Assembly: GCA_963775465.1 (NCBI GenBank)
Contig: CAVZIW010000001.1
Location: 192,001 to 256,000 of the forward strand
From: Candidatus Bathyarchaeota archaeon
Lineage (GTDB): Archaea > Thermoproteota > Bathyarchaeia > Bathyarchaeales > Bathycorpusculaceae
DNA length: 64,000 nt
Reading direction: 5' to 3'
Below the pieces are notes generated by a model, which did no database searches, was not told where the DNA came from, and worked only from the letters and a program-made list of their open reading frames with translations. Below, one piece after another: positions 10,278 to 19,012 of this stretch. The translations under genes and the position numbers were made by a program. Each line of letters opens with the position of its first letter. Position 1 is the first letter of the stretch.

Positions 10278-11036
10278 TCAAGCCCTCTTGCTTAGATTTT
10301 CTGCTTGTTTGACAGTCTTTACTAGATCGCTTACCAGCTCTCTTGTAATTTCGCCACTTATTCGATTTCCCCTCGCACATGCCGCTCCCCTTAACCCTGC
10401 AATATCCGTGCCTAAATCGTAAACAACAGGCAAATCTGCCTTTCTAAGTGAACCGGCCAATGCTACCTCTAGACCCAAAGAATGGGCGTTATCAACGAAA
10501 GTCTTCACCTGGGGCATAGTTAGGTTATCAAAGAGGCTTTTTCCTTGCTTAGCATAGGTATCAATCATGACTACATCGATGTAAGCTTGCTTAGCGATTT
10601 GGGGAAGAATCAATGGATTTATTGCGCCGATTTTTTCTGCGTCAGCATATCCAGCGGCCACTACTTTGATTTTAGGATTACATTCTTTGGCTGCCCGGTT
10701 AACGCTTTCAAGTAATTGTATTACTTGATTAGATGTTTTGACCCCGTATAGTCCTACTTTGATGTAGTCTACTCCTAAAAATGCTGCGCCAAGTGCAGCC
10801 AGAGAAATGGAGCCTGGAAGGTTGGGAACTTCACCTAAAGTGCAGCTCACTTGAAGTCTTTTAGGAGTAATCTCTCTGATTCTCCTGATAACCCATGGAA
10901 AATTTGCTCCTAATGGGCCTTCAGCGGGGTTTTTTACGTCGATTATGTCTGCTCCGCCGGCGATGGCTTCTTCTGCTTCTTTTTCGTTGGATGGGCTTAT
11001 CAGCAGTTTCAAGGTGGTGTCATATTGATGCGGCAA
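10278..11036 (-). CDS. mfnB: (5-formylfuran-3-yl)methyl phosphate synthase
   Basis: LLISP...EA..GGADIIDVKNPAEGPLGANFPWVI, YIKVGL, MIDT..K, ALAGSL, GLRGAAC. True start is probably TTG ~11012. Confidence 0.93.
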   Translation of the reverse strand: MPHQYDTTLKLLISPSNEKEAEEAIAGGADIIDVKNPAEGPLGANFPWVIRRIREITPKRLQVSCTLGEVPNLPGSISLAALGAAFLGVDYIKVGLYGVKTSNQVIQLLESVNRAAKECNPKIKVVAAGYADAEKIGAINPLILPQIAKQAYIDVVMIDTYAKQGKSLFDNLTMPQVKTFVDNAHSLGLEVALAGSLRKADLPVVYDLGTDIAGLRGAACARGNRISGEITRELVSDLVKTVKQAENLSKRA

Positions 11037-11212
11037 ATTGATGCCTTTAAAGGTTTCCTGTTATTAGAAAGAAGCTGCTCCAATTTCAATTAGGCATTGG
11101 TATTAGCATCTGATAATAAACAAATTCTAATCAGGATCGATTATTTTGTGTAAGATTTAAATGGCTTCGGCTTCATTATTTGCTTTAAATAAAATTCAAC
11201 GGTAACCCTTGC

Positions 11213-11911
11213 ATGTCGCTGATACCTGAAATATCAAATCCGTATCTTGGAGCATTTGCAGGGGGCTTGCTCTATGGATTGGCTGTTTGCACGGCATCGT
11301 GTTTACCTGTTGTAACCGGGTACATCGCGGGTGTTGGCGCAGGTTTTTCTAAAGGGGTCAAAGTTACGTTGATTTTTAATTCAGGCAGAATATTGGCGTA
11401 TACCTTGATCGGCGCGTTAATTGGTTTATTTAGTGGTTTATTTCGTGTTTTTGTTTCTGAGTCTGCCATTTCTCCGTTTCAAGTTTATTCTTCTTTCGCT
11501 TTTGGAATAGTTACAATTGTTATTGGTGCCGCTATTTTGTTCAGGGCAAGAAAGCCGTGTGATTGTAACGGGGGAAGAACCTCAGTCGGTGCCTTTGGGA
11601 AGGTTGGCAGGTTTGGAGTGGATTTTGGGGCTTTCTCTTTGGGGTTGAGTAGAGGTTTAGTTGTTTGTCCGCCTTTGATTGCGCTTTTGCTTTATTCGTT
11701 GCCATTTACAAGTCCTGTAGGAAGTGTTGGTATTGCGCTTTTGTTTGGTTTAGGAACTGCTTTGTCTCCGATGATCCTTTTGGGAGGTGTTACAGGATGG
11801 TTGCTGGGTAAGGCGCCTTTATTTCGGAAGTGGATTTCGTTGGCTGGCGGTGGGATTCTAATACTTCTCGGGTTATTTACTATGGTTAGTTCCATATTTC
11901 AGTTATCATGA
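11213..11911 (+). CDS. DsbD_2/TauE-SafE-like polytopic membrane protein with paired Cys motifs
   Basis: CTASC, GR..AY, CPP, FGLGT pattern; about 6 TM helices. Confidence 0.75.
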   Translation: MSLIPEISNPYLGAFAGGLLYGLAVCTASCLPVVTGYIAGVGAGFSKGVKVTLIFNSGRILAYTLIGALIGLFSGLFRVFVSESAISPFQVYSSFAFGIVTIVIGAAILFRARKPCDCNGGRTSVGAFGKVGRFGVDFGAFSLGLSRGLVVCPPLIALLLYSLPFTSPVGSVGIALLFGLGTALSPMILLGGVTGWLLGKAPLFRKWISLAGGGILILLGLFTMVSSIFQLS

Positions 11912-11920
11912 GGAAAAAAA

Positions 11921-12904
11921 ATGACGTTAGAAATAGTTGGAGATCTACTGAGGCTGATGGTTCTTGGGGGACTTGGTATAGCAGGGATTCTAACTATTCT
12001 AATTTGGAAAAAGAACTTGTCTACCCGAGTTACGTTTGTTAGATTTGTCATCCAAGCAGTTTCTATGGCAGCAATATTCTACATATTCACCTACACAATC
12101 CCATTACTCTATGTGCTGATTGTTCTTTTGGTAATGACCCTTTTTCTTGGGAGGTTTTTCTGTGGTTGGCTGTGCCCATTTGCCTTTCTTATGGATGTTG
12201 AGAGTGTTGTTAGAAAGGCCTTAAAGATAAGATACCGAACGATACCAGACAAACTAAACAAGGCGTTGCATAAGTTCAGGTATGTTTTATTGTTGTTTTT
12301 CCTGTTAATACCAATTGTTTTATGGTTTTTGGAGCCACCGCCAAACGTAGATTTCGCTGTGCTATATGCTGAGGTTTTGGCGGGTCCTTTCCGTCCTTAC
12401 AGTATTCTTTTGGCGCCTCTTATTCCAGTAATTGTTTCCTGGACAACTGCCCCGTTGATAGTCGGCGGAGTTAACTTTAGCTATCCCTATGTTCAGGATA
12501 TCCTAACTTGGGCTGGACAAGACATAGGTCAAGTGATTGCTATTGTGTTTATTGGTTTAACCCTCGTCGGGTCGTTTTTCATAAGGCGTTCTTGGTGCCG
12601 TTTTTGTCCAACTGGAGTCTCATTAGCAGTTGTGAACCGGTTTAAGGGTTTTAAGTGGGCTCCTTTAGTGCATTTGGAAAAAGATGAAGAGAAATGCACA
12701 AAATGTGGCGTGTGCAAAAGGGTTTGCCCCGTAGGCGTTGAGGATGTGTATGAACAGAAGGGTGGCAAAATTCAGACTTCACAATGCATGGTTTGTTCGC
12801 GTTGCGTTGAGATGTGCCCGTATGAGGGTACATTAAAGGTGAAGTTAGGAAAAAAGACGCTGTTTAAGTCAAGAAACTGGTTGGAACAACCAAAAAGTGA
12901 ATGA
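11921..12904 (+). CDS. NapH/MauN-type membrane protein with 2x[4Fe-4S] ferredoxin domain
   Basis: GRFFCGWLCP, WCRFCP, CTKCGVCKRVCP, CMVCSRCVEMCP plus multiple TM segments. Confidence 0.88.
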   Translation: MTLEIVGDLLRLMVLGGLGIAGILTILIWKKNLSTRVTFVRFVIQAVSMAAIFYIFTYTIPLLYVLIVLLVMTLFLGRFFCGWLCPFAFLMDVESVVRKALKIRYRTIPDKLNKALHKFRYVLLLFFLLIPIVLWFLEPPPNVDFAVLYAEVLAGPFRPYSILLAPLIPVIVSWTTAPLIVGGVNFSYPYVQDILTWAGQDIGQVIAIVFIGLTLVGSFFIRRSWCRFCPTGVSLAVVNRFKGFKWAPLVHLEKDEEKCTKCGVCKRVCPVGVEDVYEQKGGKIQTSQCMVCSRCVEMCPYEGTLKVKLGKKTLFKSRNWLEQPKSE

Positions 12905-14249
12905 GGAACAGAGAAAAATGAATCAAAAAACCGCTGAAAAAAAATTCATGCCAGATGTCCCCAGAAAAGAAATCGAAGAACTTAAAAATTCAATAACTGC
13001 AGCCTCACAGAAAATAATAGCTGACAACATTGACCGTATGAAGAAAGCTGACCCTCACCGTCCTGAATCAATGAAGTATTTTGATGAAATGGCAAACCTA
13101 TTTGGTCCAAGGCAAAAAGAGATAGCTGCAGAAAAAGAAAAAGGAAAGAAAGTTATCGGTTACATGTGCCTTTTTGCGCCAACTGAACTGATTTTAGCCG
13201 CAGATGCCATTCCTGTCCGTGTTAATTCCGGGTGGTATGATACGTCTAAACTCGGCGATAGAGTTGTCCCAGTTGAGGTATGCCCAGTTATACGGTCCAC
13301 AATTGGAGCCAAAATGATTGAGCTTTCTCCTTTCCTCGAGCAGAGTGATGCTTTAATCAGCGTTTTAACCTGTGATGGCATGACTAAACTCGCTGAAATT
13401 TTAGGCGATTACAAAACTATTTGGGGCATGAATATTCCTCGAATAAAAGACACCACTCAATCTCTTCGTTTCTGGAGTGACGAAATCAAACACATGAAAA
13501 CTCAAATTGAAGGCTTTACGGGCAACAAAATTACAAGAAAAAAACTAAAGCAAGCAATCGAAACCAGCCATAAAGCCACAAAAGCGTTTCGTAGATTGCA
13601 GGATTTACGCAAGGGCTCTCCAGTAATTATGGGCAGAGATGCTATGTTAGTAAATCAAACTTATTTATGGGATGATAAGAAACGCTGGACAGAAAAAACG
13701 GAAGCATTATGCGATGAACTAGAGAAACGTGTACAACAAAAAGATTGGGTTTGCCCGCCTGATACACCTAGAGTCATGGTTACGGGAACCCCGATGTTTT
13801 GGCCAGATAACTGGAAACTCCCAACACTCGTCGAAGAAGCTAGTCCTCAAGGCATCATTGTAGCTGACGAACTCTGTTCAGGCGAAAGAATTTTGAATGA
13901 TCCCATAGGCGTGGATGAATGGTCAATGGATGACATGTTAAATTCCATAAGCGAGCGCTACTTGATGGCTTCAACCTGTCCATGTTTTACCAGCAAAGAC
14001 GGCAACGAAGACCGAGTTAACTGGCTTCTAAACAAAGTTAAAGAGGCAAACATTCAAGGAGTTATTTACTACGTAGTGCGAGGCTGTATGCTCTACGCAA
14101 TGGAATATACTCGAATCAAGAAAGCATTGGACAAAATTAATGTGCCAGTTTACTATTTGGATACGGAATATACCAGGGAAGATGTTGGCCAAATGAAAAC
14201 CCGTGTAGAAGCATTCCTTGAAATGTTAACAGCCAGAGTTGATTTCTAA
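12897..14249 (+). CDS. Double-cubane-cluster protein (DCCP)-like reductase, 2-hydroxyacyl-CoA dehydratase/BCR fold
   Basis: RPESMKYFD; six Cys motifs MCLFAP, VCPVIRS, TCDG, ELCSGER, TCPCFT, GCMLY; LCDELEKRV, PRVMVTGTP, EDVGQMKTRVEAFLEM. Matches my recollection of Carboxydothermus DCCP along the whole length. Confidence 0.8.
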   Translation: MNEEQRKMNQKTAEKKFMPDVPRKEIEELKNSITAASQKIIADNIDRMKKADPHRPESMKYFDEMANLFGPRQKEIAAEKEKGKKVIGYMCLFAPTELILAADAIPVRVNSGWYDTSKLGDRVVPVEVCPVIRSTIGAKMIELSPFLEQSDALISVLTCDGMTKLAEILGDYKTIWGMNIPRIKDTTQSLRFWSDEIKHMKTQIEGFTGNKITRKKLKQAIETSHKATKAFRRLQDLRKGSPVIMGRDAMLVNQTYLWDDKKRWTEKTEALCDELEKRVQQKDWVCPPDTPRVMVTGTPMFWPDNWKLPTLVEEASPQGIIVADELCSGERILNDPIGVDEWSMDDMLNSISERYLMASTCPCFTSKDGNEDRVNWLLNKVKEANIQGVIYYVVRGCMLYAMEYTRIKKALDKINVPVYYLDTEYTREDVGQMKTRVEAFLEMLTARVDF

Positions 14250-15036
14250 GATGATAACCGCCGGAATGGATCTTGGTACCCAAAGAGTTCAAGTTGTAAT
14301 CGTTAAAGATGGCGAAGTTGTCGCTCGAGCGACGGCTTTCTCAGGATTTGATCCCACCAAAGCCGCGGAGCAAGCAGTAGATGAAGCGCTAAAGCAAGCA
14401 AACTTGAAATTGAGTGACATTAACCATTTTTCTTCTACCGGTTCAGCTGTGGATATGGCTCCATACGCTAACAGCAAAGTTAGCATGATGGGTGCAGACG
14501 CAAAAGCAGCAGTGTATCTTGTCCCCAAAGCTCGCACAATTATTGATGTGGGTGCTGAAGAAGCAAGAGCCGTAAAATGCGACGAAAAAGGCATCATGAT
14601 GGACTTTGTTGTTAACGAGCGTTGCGCTGCTGGAGCTGGAGCATTTATCGAAGCAATGGCACGGGCATTGGAGGTTAAAACAGAGGATATGGGTCCGTTG
14701 GCTCTAAAGGCAGAGCGGGCAAGTCCAATAAATGCTTCCTGTGTTATTTTTGGCGAGTCAGATGTAGTCTCGCTTATTCACCGGCAGGAATCAAAACCAG
14801 AAATTGCACGTGCAGTCTACGATGCGATGGCAGATAGAGTTTCATCTATGATTCACCGCTTGGGAATAAATCCTGAAGTGGTATTAGTAGGTGGAGTTGC
14901 AAAAGATCCAGGTTTTGTAGCGTCGCTGAACCGTAAATTGGGTCTTTCCGTTACGATTCCCGAGTTTCCCGAATATATAGGAGCTTTAGGTGCTGCACTG
15001 ATAGCTGCAACTCGAGTTAAGGAGACATCAAAATGA
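14239..15036 (+). CDS. ASKHA ATPase electron-activator subunit (BzdP/BadG-like)
   Basis: ITAGMDLG, IDVGAEEARAVKC, NERCAAGAG, INASCVIFGESDVVSLIH, GGVA, GALGAA. Confidence 0.85.
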   Translation: MISKMITAGMDLGTQRVQVVIVKDGEVVARATAFSGFDPTKAAEQAVDEALKQANLKLSDINHFSSTGSAVDMAPYANSKVSMMGADAKAAVYLVPKARTIIDVGAEEARAVKCDEKGIMMDFVVNERCAAGAGAFIEAMARALEVKTEDMGPLALKAERASPINASCVIFGESDVVSLIHRQESKPEIARAVYDAMADRVSSMIHRLGINPEVVLVGGVAKDPGFVASLNRKLGLSVTIPEFPEYIGALGAALIAATRVKETSK

Positions 15037-15929
15037 GTCAATCAAATCCCGAGTTTTGGCGTTGGCAAGAATATCACCGAATAATGCCTAATAAGAAATG
15101 GACAAAACAGGACATCATAACGGCTGGAGTAGACGTTGGTTCAGTGGGTTCCAAAGCTGCTATCATGGTCAACGGCGAGGCTTATAGTTGGGGCATTACC
15201 CGAACAGGCTCAAACAGTCCTGAAAGCGCTAAGAAAGCTCTTGATTACGCTTTACAAGATACAGGTCTTAGAGTTACAGATCTTAAGTACATTGTCGGCA
15301 CAGGGTATGGCCGTGTCAATGTACCAATGGCTAACAAAGCTATAACTGAAATCGCATGCCACGCAAAAGGCGCCAACTACATCTGGGGACCCGGCGTCCG
15401 AACCGTGTTGGATGTTGGTGGACAGGACATCAAAGCCATACGAATCGACGAAACAGGCAGAGTTGTCTCCTTTCTTATGAATGACAAATGCGCTGCAGGC
15501 ACAGGACGAGGCATGGAAGTTTTTGCGGACCTGCTAAAAATACCCATCGAAGAAATTGGTGAAATTTCATTAAAAGTGGAACAAGACCCTGAACCCGTAA
15601 GTTGCACATGCGTTGCTTTTGCCAAAACAGAAGCTATGGGACTTTTGCGAAAAGGCTGGTCTAAAGAAAAAGTTTTAGCCGCTTACACACGTGCGATGGC
15701 GGTTCGTATGGCGAATTTAATTAAACGCGTCGGCTTAGAAAAGGAGTTAGTAGTTACTGGCGGGCAATCCAAAAATATTGGTATTGTTAGCCGAATCGAA
15801 GTCATCTTAGGAGTTAAAACACTTCCTATGCCAAGGTGGCGTGAAGATGGATTAGATCCAATGGTTGCGGGTGCTTTGGGTGCTGCTTCGCTTGGCAAGT
15901 TATTATACGATAAAGAACAAAAAGGGTAG
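15033..15929 (+). CDS. ASKHA ATPase electron-activator subunit (BzdQ-like)
   Basis: N-terminal EFWRW.E, ITAGVDVGSV, RTGSNSP, GTGYGRVNVP, TEIACHA.GAN, DVGGQD.K, FLMNDKCAAGTGRGMEV. Resembles Azoarcus-type benzoyl-CoA reductase subunit Q. Confidence 0.85.
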   Translation: MSQSNPEFWRWQEYHRIMPNKKWTKQDIITAGVDVGSVGSKAAIMVNGEAYSWGITRTGSNSPESAKKALDYALQDTGLRVTDLKYIVGTGYGRVNVPMANKAITEIACHAKGANYIWGPGVRTVLDVGGQDIKAIRIDETGRVVSFLMNDKCAAGTGRGMEVFADLLKIPIEEIGEISLKVEQDPEPVSCTCVAFAKTEAMGLLRKGWSKEKVLAAYTRAMAVRMANLIKRVGLEKELVVTGGQSKNIGIVSRIEVILGVKTLPMPRWREDGLDPMVAGALGAASLGKLLYDKEQKG

Positions 15930-15931
15930 AT

Positions 15932-16225
15932 TTGACTTTGATTACGCATTATGGCTACTGTGACGGTTCAGGCGAATACTATATCGTTATAGATTCGGAC
16001 AAATGCAATGGCTGCAACAAATGTGTACAAGCATGCCCACAAAAGGCCCTTCAATTGGAAATTGAGTTCATCGACCTTGAAGAAAAAACGGTTGCGGCAG
16101 TGGTAGAATTGCATCGAAAAAAAATCAAATATACCTGCGCATCCTGTAAGCCCGAAAATAACAACACTCCTTGTGCTTTAGCTTGTGAATCCAAAGCGAT
16201 TAACTCTGTTTGGATCCCTCGCTGA
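15932..16225 (+). CDS. Ferredoxin (BzdM-like)
   Basis: YGY.DGSGEYYI.ID.DKCNGCNKCVQACP...KIKYTCASCKP...PC..AC. Confidence 0.82.
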   Translation: MTLITHYGYCDGSGEYYIVIDSDKCNGCNKCVQACPQKALQLEIEFIDLEEKTVAAVVELHRKKIKYTCASCKPENNNTPCALACESKAINSVWIPR

Positions 16226-16343
16226 CTTCAGGTAAAATTTTTAACAGCTTAAATCTAAATGTTAATATTGTTAATCAGTATAACTACGCTGTTATTGCGA
16301 TATTATTTTGAGATTCGTTACGTTTATTTATAGTCAAGGATAA

Positions 16344-16925
16344 TTGAGTTGTCAGATAAGTGGGGTAGATAATAAATTGTCAAAGAATCCGCAGTCTAAA
16401 GATGAAGCGCTTGAGGCTTTAGACTTTATAGTTAACGTGCTAAAAGAGCATGAACGAGATTTGGATAAACTCATTAATGAATTGGCAACTGTTACAGAGC
16501 AGATGGGCGATACAGGCGAATTGAACAGCAAAGTTGAGAAGATAGAGGAAAAAATATGTGGCTTACAAAAAGAAATTAAAAGTTTGGTAGGTTACGTTTC
16601 TGGTTCTTCCAAGCAAGTTGGTGCACATGAGGCTTCCATTGAACCGCCTTGCGCGCCTACGACTATTATGGTGGGGGGGCAATCGGTTATTCTTAGATGC
16701 AAGCAATGGGAAGATTTTCAAGCTTTGGCGGTTAATGCTCAAACTCTGTCTTACACCTATAAGGAAGAAGAAAAATTATTCCAAGCTGAGGCTTTGAAAG
16801 GTAATCAGATTATCACTTACAGTGGACCTCTTCCAAAGTTTTCTGCTATCTTGAAATCTTGGTTGTCTAAGCAGCTTGATGCACCCGAACGAGGTATTTT
16901 GGAAGGCGCTTTAGCTACTCGATAG
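16344..16925 (+). CDS. Hypothetical protein with N-terminal coiled coil
   Basis: 193-aa ORF; heptad region EALDFIVNVLKEHERDLDKLINEL; T-tract downstream. Confidence 0.75.
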   Translation: MSCQISGVDNKLSKNPQSKDEALEALDFIVNVLKEHERDLDKLINELATVTEQMGDTGELNSKVEKIEEKICGLQKEIKSLVGYVSGSSKQVGAHEASIEPPCAPTTIMVGGQSVILRCKQWEDFQALAVNAQTLSYTYKEEEKLFQAEALKGNQIITYSGPLPKFSAILKSWLSKQLDAPERGILEGALATR

Positions 16926-16989
16926 TTCATACTTCAGATTCTTTTTTTATTTTCATAAACCTTATAAAGTATCTCTAATATCTTAAGTC

Positions 16990-17140
16990 TTGTTAGTGAT
17001 TGGAGGACTGGTCTGGTTGAAGGCTAAACCACTAAGCCATACAAACATTTTCCGTTTTCGAAGCCTTCTCCTTTCTCCTCGATAAACGGATGGCTAAGTG
17101 TTAAGCCAACAAACAAAACCAGCCTCCAAAACTCTAACAA
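16990..17140 (+). ncRNA. Putative ~150-nt rod-like structured small RNA
   Basis: Nested stems TTGTTAG/CTAACAA, TTGGAGG/CCTCCAA, CTGGT/ACCAG, GGCT/AGCC, CACT/AGTG, AGCCAT/ATGGCT, CCGTTT/AAACGG, TCGA/TCGA. Promoter-like AAACCTTATAAA at 16957-16968. Confidence 0.55.
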
Positions 17141-17239
17141 AAATTATGTTAAAACGCCCTTCCTAATCCGCATGTGATTAAAAAGAGCCAAAGGACTTAT
17201 TTCCCAAAATATAATCTTCAACAAAAAAAGAAAAAAGTA

Positions 17240-17812
17240 TCAGTAGTTTTCTGTCCAGACTTCAAAGAACGCCTTGGGATGATCGCAGGTCGGGCACTTA
17301 TCGGGAGCCATCGTTCCCTCGATGACTAAGCCACAGTTTCGGCACTTCCATTTAATCGGTGCATCTTTAACAAACACATTTCCGTTCTGCACACCTTCAG
17401 CTAGCTTATTGTAACGACGTTCATGATAAGCCTCCACTTTCGCAACACTACGAAAAGTGTACGCCACATCTTTAAAGCCTTCCTTCTCAGCGATATCACC
17501 AAAATTTGGATAAATTGAACCCCATTCAGCTTTTTCGCCTGCTGCGGCAGCTTTAAGATTATCAAGGGTTGATGCCATAACACCAGCTGGATAAGAGGAT
17601 TTAATCTCAACCATGCCACCTTTGAGGTGCTTGAAAAAAAGCTCTGCATGCTCCTTCTCGTTGGCGGCTGTTTCTTCAAATATTGCTCCAATCTGCTGGT
17701 ATCCTTCTTTTTTAGCTATGCTAGCAAAGAAGGTGTATCGGTTTCGCGCTTGGGATTCACCGGCAAACGCAGCTAAAAGGTTTTTTTCAGTTTGACTTCC
17801 AACAAAATCCAT
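17240..17812 (-). CDS. rbr: Rubrerythrin
   Basis: AFAGESQARNRY, ExxH motifs, C-terminal WKCRNCG...CPTCDHP. Confidence 0.95.
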   Translation of the reverse strand: MDFVGSQTEKNLLAAFAGESQARNRYTFFASIAKKEGYQQIGAIFEETAANEKEHAELFFKHLKGGMVEIKSSYPAGVMASTLDNLKAAAAGEKAEWGSIYPNFGDIAEKEGFKDVAYTFRSVAKVEAYHERRYNKLAEGVQNGNVFVKDAPIKWKCRNCGLVIEGTMAPDKCPTCDHPKAFFEVWTENY

Positions 17813-17923
17813 AGTCTTTCAGACTCCACTTCAGCTAGTCTAAATCCAAAAATAAAAGCATTCCCCGTAAACACAGGGAAAAATCATGTTAAGACTTTTA
17901 TCTTCAACCGCAATTGTATTGGA

Positions 17924-17990
17924 TGCCGGATGATGAGAAGGCATTAGCTTGACACTTGTTGGATGAAGGATCAGAGTTACTCAGACGGCA
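17924..17990 (+). ncRNA. C/D box 2'-O-methylation guide sRNA
   Basis: Terminal stem TGCCG/CGGCA; box C ATGATGA 17930-17936; D' TTGA 17949-17952; C'-like ATGAAGG; D CAGA 17982-17985. Guides are complementary to the 23S motifs AAUGCCUU and AGUAACUCUGA. Confidence 0.8.
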
Positions 17991-18176
17991 AATACAAATA
18001 AAAGTTATGATTAACCACGCGCTAAATCAAATTTGAGACATGAAACAGAGCTACTCTGAATCATTTTTAGCTAAAATAAGAAAAACCTCTAATCTTAATC
18101 GCTAACATTTTTCCAAATAATAAGAAACGGACATCTAAGACTTAAATGATAATTAGTTTTAGTCTTGTTTATTTAA

Positions 18177-18662
18177 TTAGTTGGTTGATATATCAAGTTC
18201 CTGTTCGATTTCTCTGCATGCGCTTTGGAGGGCTGAGATTTCACTGCGCAGTTCTTCAATAGATTTTCTCTTTCTATGAATTTCCAGGTTTAATTTAACT
18301 ATGAGATGATTCTCTGTTGCAAGAAACTCCTGTTTGCAATCGATTAGTTCGGACTCTTCTTTCTTTAGTTTTTCATAAAACTCTAAAAGTTTTGAAGTAT
18401 CAGAAGAACCTACTAACTCACTGGAGTTAAACTGCTCTTTTTGATCAATAGCTTGATCTGTCGCTTGGCTATCTGGTTCTTTAGTCTCGTCAAATTCTTC
18501 ATGCATTTTATTTAATTGTTCGAAAAGAGAGTCTTTATCTTGAAGCTCAGAAACTAAGATAGCTTTTTCTGAAATACTAAAAGTATTGTTTTGTTCTTTC
18601 TTTTTTTCTTTGTAGTCTTCACTTATTATGTGAAGTTGGATATTCTCATTTTGTTTCTTCAT
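18177..18662 (-). CDS. Hypothetical coiled-coil protein
   Basis: Acidic, heptad-rich; C-terminus resembles that of 18710-19012. Confidence 0.7.
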   Translation of the reverse strand: MKKQNENIQLHIISEDYKEKKKEQNNTFSISEKAILVSELQDKDSLFEQLNKMHEEFDETKEPDSQATDQAIDQKEQFNSSELVGSSDTSKLLEFYEKLKKEESELIDCKQEFLATENHLIVKLNLEIHRKRKSIEELRSEISALQSACREIEQELDISTN

Positions 18663-18709
18663 TTTGGGTCCCGAAATTAATTTTCAATGATTTGTGATGT
18701 GTATTAATT

Positions 18710-19012
18710 TTACTCGTAGACTGGTATCCCCAGTGCCTGTTCAAGTTCGCTGCATTTTTTCTGCAGGTATGTGATCTCTGACTTCAATCCGGCGAGCCTT
18801 TTGTGTTTTTCCTCAATTTCTATCATTGCTTGGTTTCGAAGTTCGTTCTCTGTTTCCTGCAATTTTTTTCTTTGAGTAAGCAATTCTTGTTCTTCTATTT
18901 TTATATTTTTTAATGTGGCTATAATTTCTGAAACTTTAATTTCGCTTGTTTGATATGCTTGAGTTGTTTCGTTTGATTCTAATTCTGGGTCTTTTGAAAC
19001 GATTTCTTGCAT
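18710..19012 (-). CDS. Hypothetical coiled-coil protein
   Basis: Heptad-rich, 100 aa; TATA-like element upstream at ~19051-19058. Confidence 0.7.
   Translation of the reverse strand: MQEIVSKDPELESNETTQAYQTSEIKVSEIIATLKNIKIEEQELLTQRKKLQETENELRNQAMIEIEEKHKRLAGLKSEITYLQKKCSELEQALGIPVYE

Noticed and set aside
12897-15929. Calling the cluster a canonical benzoyl-CoA reductase or 2-hydroxyacyl-CoA dehydratase
   Set aside because: Only one catalytic-fold subunit is present and it is DCCP-like; there is no BzdN/O pair and no dch/had/oah or CoA-transferase genes nearby.
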